DNA from: Eledone cirrhosa
Lineage: Eukaryota
Length of the DNA stretch: 64,000 nt
Assembly: GCA_964016885.1 (NCBI GenBank)
Contig: OZ024758.1
Location: 36,766,001-36,830,000, forward strand
Direction: 5' to 3'
Every line of letters begins with the position of its first letter. Position 1 is the stretch's first letter. A program made the position numbers and the translations under genes. Below are positions 1 to 11,520 of the stretch, in pieces. The notes below the pieces were generated by a model. That model was not told the origin of the DNA, made no database searches, and saw nothing but the letters and a program-made list of their open reading frames with translations.

Positions 1-649
1 ATTCATTTAATTTCATGGTACTAGCTGTCAGAAGTAACTCCACTGTTGGTGAGAATTCATTTAAGTTCATGGTATTAGCTGTCAGAAGTAACTCCACTGT
101 TGGTGAGAATTCATTTAAGTTCATGGTATTAGTTGTCAGAAGTAACTCCACTGTTGGTGAGAATTCATTTAAGTCATGGTATTAGTTGTCAGATGTAACT
201 CCAATGTTGGTTAGAATTCATTTAAGTTCATGGTTCTAGCTGTCAGAAGTAACTCCACTGTTGGTGAGAATTCATTTAAGTTCATGGTATTAGCTGTCAG
301 AAGTAACTCCACTGTTGGTGAGAATTCATTTAAGTCATGGTATTAGCTGTCAGAAGTAACTCCATTGTTGGTGGGAATTCATTTAAGCCATGGTACTAGC
401 TGTCAGAAGTAACTCCACTGTTGGTGAGAATTCATTTAAGTTCATGGTATTAGCTGTCAGAAGGAACTCCACTGTTGGTGAGAATTCATTTAAGTTCATG
501 GTACTAGCTGTCAGAAGTAACTCCACTGTTGGTGAGAATTCATTTAAGTTCATGGTACTAGCTGTGAGAAGTAACTCCAATGTTGGTGAGAATTCATTTA
601 AGTTCATGGTATTAGCTGTCAGAAGTAACTCCACTGTTGGTGAGAATTC

Positions 650-3600
650 ATTTAAGTCATGGTATTAGCTGTCAGAAGTAACTCCAATGTTGGTGAGAAT
701 TCATTTAAGTCATGGTACTAGCTGTCAGAAGTAACTCCAATGTTGGTGAGAATTCAGTTAAGTTCATGGTATTAGCTGTCAGAAGGAACTCCACTGTTGG
801 TGAGAATTCATTTAAGTTCATGGTATTAGCTGTCAGAAGTAACTCCACTGTTGGTGAGAATTCATTTAAGTTCATGGTACTAGCTGTCAGAAGTAACTCC
901 ACTGTTGGTGAGAATTCATTTAAGTTCATGGTACTAGCTGTCAGAAGTAACTCCACTGTTGGTGAGAATTCAGTTAAGTTCATGGTATTAGTTGTCAGAA
1001 GTAACTCCACTGTTGGTGAGAATTCATTTAAATCATGGTATTAGTTGTCAGAAGTAACTCCAATGTTGGTGAGAATTCATTTAAGTTCATGGTACTAGCT
1101 GTCAGAAGTAACTCCACTGTTGGTGAGAATTCATTTAAGTTCATGGTATTAGCTGTCAGAAGTAACTCCACTGTTGGTGAGAATTCATTTAAATCATGGT
1201 ATTAGTTGTCAGAAGTAACTCCAATGTTGGTGAGAATTCATTTAAGTTCATGGTATTAGCTGTCAGAAGTAACTCCACTGTTGGTGAGAATTCATTTAAG
1301 TTCATGGTATTAGCTGTCAGAAGTAACTCCACTGTTGGTGAGAATTCATTTAAGTTCATGGTATTAGCTGTCAGAAGGAACTCCAATGTTGGTGAGAATT
1401 CATTTAAGTCATGGTACTAGCTGTCAGAAGTAACTCCACTGTTGGTGAGAATTCATTTAAGTTCATGGTATTAGCTGTCAGAAGTAACTCCACTGTTGGT
1501 GAGAATTCATTTAAGTTCATGGTACTAGCTGTCAGAAGTAACTCCAATGTTGGTGAGAATTCATTTAAGTTCATGGTATTAGCTGTCAGAAGGAACTCCA
1601 CTGTTGGTGAGAATTCATTTAAGTTCATGGTATTAGCTGTCAGAAGTAACTCCACTGTTGGTGAGAATTCATTTAAGTTCATGGTACTAGTTGTCAGAAG
1701 TAACTCCACTGTTGGTGAGAATTCATTTAAGTTCATGTTACTAGCTGTCAGAAGTAACTCCACTGTTGGTGAGAATTCATTTAAGATCATGGTATTAGTT
1801 TGTCAGAAGTAACTCCACTGTTGGTGAGAATTCATTTACGTTCATGGTATTAGCTGTCAGAAGTATCTCCACTGTTGGTGAGAATTCATTTAAGTTCATG
1901 GTACTAGCTGTCAGAAGTAACTCCAATGTTGGTGAGAATTCATTTAAGTTCATGGTATTAGCTGTCAGAAGTAACTCCACTGTTGGTGAGAATTCATTTA
2001 AGTCATGGTATTAGCTGTCAGAAGTAACTCCAATGTTGGTGAGAATTCATTTAAGTTCATGGTATTAGCTGTCAGAAGTAACTCCACTGTTGGTGAGAAT
2101 TCATTTAAGTTCATGGTATTAGTTTGTCAGAAGTAACTCCACTGTTGGTGAGAATTCATTTAAGTCATGGTATTAGTTGTCAGAAGTTTACTCCAATGTT
2201 GGTGAGAATTCATTTAATTTCATGGTACTAGCTGTCAGAAGTAACTCCACTGTTGGTGAGAATTCATTTAAGTTCATGGTATTAGCTGTCAGAAGTAACT
2301 CCACTGTTGGTGAGAATTCATTTAAGTTCATGGTATTAGTTGTCAGAAGTAACTCCACTGTTGGTGAGAATTCATTTAAGTCATGGTATTAGTTGTCAGA
2401 AGTAACTCCAATGTTGGTTAGAATTCATTTAAGTTCATGGTTCTAGCTGTCAGAAGTAACTCCACTGTTGGTGAGAATTCATTTAAGTTCATGGTATTAG
2501 CTGTCAGAAGTAACTCCACTGTTGGTGAGAATTCATTTAAGTCATGGTATTAGCTGTCAGAAGTAACTCCAATGTTGGTGAGAATTCATTTAAGTCATGG
2601 TACTAGCTGTCAGAAGTAACTCCAATGTTGGTGAGAATTCAGTTAAGTTCATGGTATTAGCTGTCAGAAGGAACTCCACTGTTGGTGAGAATTCATTTAA
2701 GTTCATGGTATTAGCTGTCAGAAGTAACTCCACTGTTGGTGAGAATTCATTTAAGTTCATGGTACTAGCTGTCAGAAGTAACTCCACTGTTGGTGAGAAT
2801 TCATTTAAGTTCATGGTACTAGCTGTCAGAAGTAACTCCACTGTTGGTGAGAATTCAGTTAAGTTCATGGTATTAGTTGTCAGAAGTAACTCCACTGTTG
2901 GTGAGAATTCATTTAAATCATGGTATTAGTTGTCAGAAGTAACTCCAATGTTGGTGAGAATTCATTTAAGTTCATGGTACTAGCTGTCAGAAGTAACTCC
3001 ACTGTTGGTGAGAATTCATTTAAGTTCATGGTATTAGCTGTCAGAAGTAACTCCACTGTTGGTGAGAATTCATTTAAATCATGGTATTAGTTGTCAGAAG
3101 TAACTCCAATGTTGGTGAGAATTCATTTAAGTTCATGGTATTAGCTGTCAGAAGTAACTCCACTGTTGGTGAGAATTCATTTAAGTTCATGGTATTAGCT
3201 GTCAGAAGTAACTCCACTGTTGGTGAGAATTCATTTAAGTTCATGGTATTAGCTGTCAGAAGGAACTCCAATGTTGGTGAGAATTCATTTAAGTCATGGT
3301 ACTAGCTGTCAGAAGTAACTCCACTGTTGGTGAGAATTCATTTAAGTTCATGGTATTAGCTGTCAGAAGTAACTCCACTGTTGGTGAGAATTCATTTAAG
3401 TTCATGGTACTAGCTGTCAGAAGTAACTCCAATGTTGGTGAGAATTCATTTAAGTTCATGGTATTAGCTGTCAGAAGGAACTCCACTGTTGGTGAGAATT
3501 CATTTAAGTTCATGGTATTAGCTGTCAGAAGTAACTCCACTGTTGGTGAGAATTCATTTAAGTTCATGGTACTAGTTGTCAGAAGTAACTCCACTGTTGG

Positions 3601-6600
3601 TGAGAATTCATTTAAGTTCATGTTACTAGCTGTCAGAAGTAACTCCACTGTTGGTGAGAATTCATTTAAGTTCATGGTATTAGTTTGTCAGAAGTAACTC
3701 CACTGTTGGTGAGAATTCATTTACGTTCATGGTATTAGCTGTCAGAAGTATCTCCACTGTTGGTGAGAATTCATTTAAGTTCATGGTACTAGCTGTCAGA
3801 AGTAACTCCAATGTTGTTGAGAATTCATTTAAGTTCATGGTATTAGCTGTCAGAAGTAACTCCACTGTTGGTGAGAATTCATTTAAGTCATGGTATTAGC
3901 TGTCAGAAGTAACTCCAATGTTGGTGAGAATTCATTTAAGTTCATGGTATTAGCTGTCAGAAGTAACTCCACTGTTGGTGAGAATTCATTTAAGTTCACG
4001 GTACTAGCTGTCAGAAGTAACTCCACTGTTGGTGAGAATTCATTTAAGTTCATGGTATTAGTTTGTCAGAAGTAACTCCACTGTTGGTGAGAATTCATTT
4101 AAGTTCATGGTACTAGCTGTCAGAAGTAACTCCAATGTTGGTGAGAATTCATTTAAGTTCATGGTATTAGCTGTCAGAAGGAACTCCACTGTTGGTGAGA
4201 ATTCATTTAAGTTCATGGTATTAGCTGTCAGAAGTAACTCCACTGTTGGTGAGAATTCATTTAAGTTCATGGTATTAGCTGTCAGAAGGAACTCCAATGT
4301 TGGTGAGAATTCATTTAAGTCATGGTACTAGCTGTCAGAAGTAACTCCACTGTTGGTGAGAATTCATTTAAGTTCATGGTATTAGCTGTCAGAAGTAACT
4401 CCACTGTTGGTGAGAATTCATTTAAGTTCATGGTACTAGCTGTCAGAAGTAACTCCACTGTTGGTGAGAATTCATTTAAGTTCATGGTATTAGCTGTCAG
4501 AAGTAACTCCACTGTTGGTGAGAATTCATTTAAATCATGGTATTAGTTGTCAGAAGTAACTCCAATGTTGGTAAGAATTCATTTAAGTTCATGGTACTAG
4601 CTGTCAGAAGTAACTCCACTGTTGGTGAGAATTCATTTAAGTTCATGGTATTAGCTGTCAGAAGTAACTCCACTGTTGGTGAGAATTCATTTAAGTCATG
4701 GTATTAGCTGTCAGAAGTAACTCCAATGTTGGTGAGAATTCAGTTAAGTTCATGGTATTAGCTGTCAGAAGGAACTCCAATGTTGGTGAGAATTCATTTA
4801 AGTCATGGTATTAGCTGTCAGAAGTAACTCCATTGTTGGTGAGAATTCATTTAAGTCATGGTACTAGCTGACAGAAGTAACTCCACTGTTGGTGAGAATT
4901 CATTTAAGTTCATGGTATTAGCTGTCAGAAGTAACTCCACTGTTGGTGAGAATTCATTTAAGTTCATGGTATTAGCTGTCAGAAGTAACTCCACTGTTGG
5001 TGAGAATTCATTTAAGTCATGGTATTAGCTGTCAGAAGTAACTCCAATGTTGGTGAGAATTCATTTAAGTCATGGTACTAGCTGTCAGAAGTAACTCCAA
5101 TGTTGGTGAGAATTCAGTTAAGTTCATGGTATTAGCTGTCAGAAGGAACTCCACTGTTGGTGAGAATTCATTTAAGTTCATGGTATTAGCTGTCAGAAGT
5201 AACTCCACTGTTGGTGAGAATTCATTTAAGTTCATGGTACTAGCTGTCAGAAGTAACTCCACTGTTGGTGAGAATTCATTTAAGTTCATGGTACTAGCTG
5301 TCAGAAGTAACTCCACTGTTGGTGAGAATTCAGTTAAGTTCATGGTATTAGTTGTCAGAAGTAACTCCACTGTTGGTGAGAATTCATTTAAATCATGGTA
5401 TTAGTTGTCAGAAGTAACTCCAATGTTGGTGAGAATTCATTTAAGTTCATGGTACTAGCTGTCAGAAGTAACTCCACTGTTGGTGAGAATTCATTTAAGT
5501 TCATGGTATTAGCTGTCAGAAGTAACTCCACTGTTGGTGAGAATTCATTTAAATCATGGTATTAGTTGTCAGAAGTAACTCCAATGTTGGTGAGAATTCA
5601 TTTAAGTTCATGGTATTAGCTGTCAGAAGTAACTCCACTGTTGGTGAGAATTCATTTAAGTTCAAGGTATTAGCTGTCAGAAGTAACTCCACTGTTGGTG
5701 AGAATTCATTTAAGTTCATGGTATTAGCTGTCAGAAGGAACTCCAATGTTGGTGAGAATTCATTTAAGTCATGGTACTAGCTGTCAGAAGTAACTCCACT
5801 GTTGGTGAGAATTCATTTAAGTTCATGGTATTAGCTGTCAGAAGTAACTCCACTGTTGGTGAGAATTCATTTAAGTTCATGGTACTAGCTGTCAGAAGTA
5901 ACTCCAATGTTGGTGAGAATTCATTTAAGTTCATGGTATTAGCTGTCAGAAGGAACTCCACTGTTGGTGAGAATTCATTTAAGTTCATGGTATTAGCTGT
6001 CAGAAGTAACTCCACTGTTGGTGAGAATTCATTTAAGTTCATGGTACTAGTTGTCAGAAGTAACTCCACTGTTGGTGAGAATTCATTTAAGTTCATGTTA
6101 CTAGCTGTCAGAAGTAACTCCACTGTTGGTGAGAATTCATTTAAGTTCATGGTATTAGTTTGTCAGAAGTAACTCCACTGTTGGTGAGAATTCATTTACG
6201 TTCATGGTATTAGCTGTCAGAAGTATCTCCACTGTTGGTGAGAATTCATTTAAGTTCATGGTACTAGCTGTCAGAAGTAACTCCAATGTTGGTGAGAATT
6301 CATTTAAGTTCATGGTATTAGCTGTCAGAAGTAACTCCACTATTGGTGAGAATTCATTTAAGTCTTGGTATTAGCTGTCAGAAGTAACTCCAATGTTGGT
6401 GAGAATTCATTTAAGTTCATGGTATTAGCTGTCAGAAGTAACTCCACTGTTGGTGAGAATTCATTTAAGTTCACGGTACTAGCTGTCAGAAGTAACTCCA
6501 CTGTTGGTGAGAATTCATTTAAGTTCATGGTATTAGTTTGTCAGAAGTAACTCCACTGTTGGTGAGAATTCATTTAAGTTCATGGTACTAGCTGTCAGAA

Positions 6601-8650
6601 GTAACTCCAATGTTGGTGAGAATTCATTTAAGTTCATGGTATTAGCTGTCAGAAGTAACTCCACTATTGGTGAGAATTCATTTAAGTCATGGTATTAGCT
6701 GTCAGAAGTAACTCCACTGTTGGTGAGAATTCATTTAAGTTCATGGTATTAGCTGTCAGAAGTAACTCCACTGTTGGTGAGAATTCATTTAAGTCATGGT
6801 ATTAGCTGTCAGAAGTAACTCCAATGTTGGTGAGAATTCAGTTAAGTTCATGGTATTAGCTGTCAGAAGGAACTCCAATGTTGGTGAGAATTCATTTAAG
6901 TCATGGTATTAGCTGTCAGAAGTAACTCCATTGTTGGTGAGAATTCATTTAAGTCATGGTACTAGCTGACAGAAGTAACTCCACTGTTGGTGAGAATTCA
7001 TTTAAGTTCATGGTATTAGCTGTCAGAAGTAACTCCACTGTTGGTGAGAATTCATTTAAGTTCATGGTATTAGCTGTCAGAAGTAACTCCACTGTTGGTG
7101 AGAATTCATTTAAGTCATGGTATTAGCTGTCAGAAGTAACTCCAATGTTGGTGAGAATTCATTTAAGTCATGGTACTAGCTGTCAGAAGTAACTCCAATG
7201 TTGGTGAGAATTCAGTTAAGTTCATGGTATTAGCTGTCAGAAGGAACTCCACTGTTGGTGAGAATTCATTTAAGTTCATGGTATTAGCTGTCAGAAGTAA
7301 CTCCACTGTTGGTGAGAATTCATTTAAGTTCATGGTACTAGCTGTCAGAAGTAACTCCACTGTTGGTGAGAATTCATTTAAGTTCATGGTACTAGCTGTC
7401 AGAAGTAACTCCACTGTTGGTGAGAATTCAGTTAAGTTCATGGTATTAGTTGTCAGAAGTAACTCCACTGTTGGTGAGAATTCATTTAAATCATGGTATT
7501 AGTTGTCAGAAGTAACTCCAATGTTGGTGAGAATTCATTTAAGTTCATGGTACTAGCTGTCAGAAGTAACTCCACTGTTGGTGAGAATTCATTTAAGTTC
7601 ATGGTATTAGCTGTCAGAAGTAACTCCACTGTTGGTGAGAATTCATTTAAATCATGGTATTAGTTGTCAGAAGTAACTCCAATGTTGGTGAGAATTCATT
7701 TAAGTTCATGGTATTAGCTGTCAGAAGTAACTCCACTGTTGGTGAGAATTCATTTAAGTTCATGGTATTAGCTGTCAGAAGTAACTCCACTGTTGGTGAG
7801 AATTCATTTAAGTTCATGGTATTAGCTGTCAGAAGGAACTCCAATGTTGGTGAGAATTCATTTAAGTCATGGTACTAGCTGTCAGAAGTAACTCCACTGT
7901 TGGTGAGAATTCATTTAAGTTCATGGTATTAGCTGTCAGAAGTAACTCCACTGTTGGTGAGAATTCATTTAAGTTCATGGTACTAGCTGTCAGAAGTAAC
8001 TCCAATGTTGGTGAGAATTCATTTAAGTTCATGGTATTAGCTGTCAGAAGGAACTCCACTGTTGGTGAGAATTCATTTAAGTTCATGGTATTAGCTGTCA
8101 GAAGTAACTCCACTGTTGGTGAGAATTCATTTAAGTTCATGGTACTAGTTGTCAGAAGTAACTCCACTGTTGGTGAGAATTCATTTAAGTTCATGTTACT
8201 AGCTGTCAGAAGTAACTCCACTGTTGGTGAGAATTCATTTAAGTTCATGGTATTAGTTTGTCAGAAGTAACTCCACTGTTGGTGAGAATTCATTTACGTT
8301 CATGGTATTAGCTGTCAGAAGTATCTCCACTGTTGGTGAGAATTCATTTAAGTTCATGGTACTAGCTGTCAGAAGTAACTCCAATGTTGGTGAGAATTCA
8401 TTTAAGTTCATGGTATTAGCTGTCAGAAGTAACTCCACTATTGGTGAGAATTCATTTAAGTCATGGTATTAGCTGTCAGAAGTAACTCCAATGTTGGTGA
8501 GAATTCATTTAAGTTCATGGTATTAGCTGTCAGAAGTAACTCCACTGTTGGTGAGAATTCATTTAAGTTCACGGTACTAGCTGTCAGAAGTAACTCCACT
8601 GTTGGTGAGAATTCATTTAAGTTCATGGTATTAGTTTGTCAGAAGTAACT
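650..8650. repeat. Four tandem copies of a higher-order cassette with variable period (1,885 / 2,475 / 2,098 bp)
   Basis: Matching variant-defined ORFs start at 705/2590/5065/7163, 1189/3074/5549/7647, 1404/3289/5764/7862 and 1795/3680/6155/8253. The copies share the rare markers CATGTTAC, TTTACGTT and GTATCTCC. Confidence 0.9.
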
Positions 8651-11520
8651 CCACTGTTGGTGAGAATTCATTTAAGTTCATGGTACTAGCTGTCAGAAGT
8701 AACTCCAATGTTGGTGAGAATTCATTTAAGTTCATGGTATTAGCTGTCAGAAGGAACTCCACTGTTGGTGAGAATTCATTTAAGTTCATGGTATTAGCTG
8801 TCAGAAGTAACTCCACTGTTGGTGAGAATTCATTTAAGTTCATGGTATTAGCTGTCAGAAGGAACTCCAATGTTGGTGAGAATTCATTTAAGTCATGGTA
8901 CTAGCTGTCAGAAGTAACTCCACTGTTGGTGAGAATTCATTTAAGTTCATGGTATTAGCTGTCAGAAGTAACTCCACTGTTGGTGAGAATTCATTTAAGT
9001 TCATGGTACTAGCTGTCAGAAGTAACTCCACTGTTGGTGAGAATTCATTTAAGTTCATGGTATTAGCTGTCAGAAGTAACACCACTGTTGGTGAGAATTC
9101 ATTTAAATCATGGTATTAGTTGTCAGAAGTAACTCCAATGTTGGTAAGAATTCATTTAAGTTCATGGTACTAGCTGTCAGAAGTAACTCCACTGTTGGTG
9201 AGAATTCATTTAAGTTCATGGTATTAGCTGTCAGAAGTAACTCCACTGTTGGTGAGAATTCATTTAAGTCATGGTATTAGCTGTCAGAAGTAACTCCAAT
9301 GTTGGTGAGAATTCAGTTAAGTTCATGGTATTAGCTGTCAGAAGGAACTCCAATGTTGGTGAGAATTCATTTAAGTCATGGTATTAGCTGTCAGAAGTAA
9401 CTCCATTGTTGGTGAGAATTCATTTAAGTCATGGTACTAGCTGACAGAAGTAACTCCACTGTTGGTGAGAATTCATTTAAGTTCATGGTATTAGCTGTCA
9501 GAAGGAACTCCACTGTTGGTGAGAATACATTTAAGTTCATGGTACTAGCTGTCAGAAGTAACTCCACTGTTGGTGAGAATTCATTTAAGTTCATGGTATT
9601 AGTTTGTCAGAAGTAACTCCACTGTTGGTGAGAATTCATTTAATTCATGGTATTAGTTGTCAGAAGTAACTCCAATGTTGGTGAGAATTCATTTAAGTCA
9701 TGGTACTAGCTGTCAGAAGTAACTCCAATGTTGGTGAGAATTCATTTAAGTTCATGGTACTAGCTGTCAGAAGTAACTCCAATGTTGGTGAGAATTCATT
9801 TAAGTTCATGGTATTAGCTGTCAGAAGGAACTCCACTGTTGGTGAGAATTCATTTAAGTTCATGGTATTAGCTGTCAGAAGTAACTCCACTGTTGGTGAG
9901 AATTCATTTAAGTTCATGGTACTAGTTGTCAGAAGTAACTCCACTGTTGGTGAGAATTCATTTAAGTTCATGTTACTAGCTGTCAGAAGTAACTCCACTG
10001 TTGGTGAGAATTCATTTAAGTTCATGGTATTAGTTTGTCAGAAGTAACTCCACTGTTGGTGAGAATTCATTTACGTTCATGGTATTAGCTGTCAGAAGTA
10101 TCTCCACTGTTGGTGAGAATTCATTTAAGTTCATGGTACTAGCTGTCAGAAGTAACTCCAATGTTGGTGAGAATTCATTTAAGTTCATGGTATTAGCTGT
10201 CAGAAGTAACTCCACTGTTGGTGAGAATTCATTTAAGTTGTGGTATTAGCTGTCAGAAGTAACTCCAATGTTGGTGAGAATTCATTTAAGTTCATGGTAT
10301 TAGCTGTCAGAAGTAACTCCACTGTTGGTGAGAATTCATTTAAGTTCACGGTACTAGCTGTCAGAAGTAACTCCACTGTTGGTGAGAATTCATTTAAGTT
10401 CATGGTATTAGTTTGTCAGAAGTAACTCCACTGTTGGTGAGAATTCATTTAAGTTCATGGTACTAGCTGTCAGAAGTAACTCCAATGTTGGTGAGAATTC
10501 ATTTAAGTTCATGGTATTAGCTGTCAGAAGGAACTCCACTGTTGGTGAGAATTCATTTAAGTTCATGGTATTAGCTGTCAGAAGTAACTCCACTGTTGGT
10601 GAGAATTCATTTAAGTTCATGGTATTAGCTGTCAGAAGGAACTCCAATGTTGGTGAGAATTCATTTAAGTCATGGTACTAGCTGTCAGAAGTAACTCCAC
10701 TGTTGGTGAGAATTCATTTAAGTTCATGGTATTAGCTGTCAGAAGTAACTCCACTGTTGGTGAGAATTCATTTAAGTTCATGGTACTAGCTGTCAGAAGT
10801 AACTCCACTGTTGGTGAGAATTCATTTAAGTTCATGGTATTAGCTGTCAGAAGTAACTCCACTGTTGGTGAGAATTCATTTAAATCATGGTATTAGTTGT
10901 CAGAAGTAACTCCAATGTTGGTAAGAATTCATTTAAGTTCATGGTACTAGCTGTCAGAAGTAACTCCACTGTTGGTGAGAATTCATTTAAGTTCATGGTA
11001 TTAGCTGTCAGAAGTAACTCCACTGTTGGTGAGAATTCATTTAAGTCATGGTATTAGCTGTCAGAAGTAACTCCAATGTTGGTGAGAATTCAGTTAAGTT
11101 CATGGTATTAGCTGTCAGAAGGAACTCCAATGTTGGTGAGAATTCATTTAAGTCATGGTATTAGCTGTCAGAAGTAACTCCATTGTTGGTGAGAATTCAT
11201 TTAAGTCATGGTACTAGCTGACAGAAGTAACTCCACTGTTGGTGAGAATTCATTTAAGTTCATGGTATTAGCTGTCAGAAGGAACTCCACTGTTGGTGAG
11301 AATACATTTAAGTTCATGGTACTAGCTGTCAGAAGTAACTCCACTGTTGGTGAGAATTCATTTAAGTTCATGGTATTAGTTTGTCAGAAGTAACTCCACT
11401 GTTGGTGAGAATTCATTTAATTCATGGTATTAGTTGTCAGAAGTAACTCCAATGTTGGTGAGAATTCATTTAAGTCATGGTACTAGCTGTCAGAAGTAAC
11501 TCCAATGTTGGTGAGAATTC
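7980..11520. repeat. 1,777-bp (33-monomer) tandem duplication, re-copied inside the 9-kb duplication (~17270-20500)
   Basis: The offset is 1,777 for 8253/10030, 8463/10240, 8631/10408, 8888/10665, 9431/11208 and 9693/11470. The markers GCTGACAG, GAATACAT and GGTAAGAA repeat in register. Confidence 0.9.
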
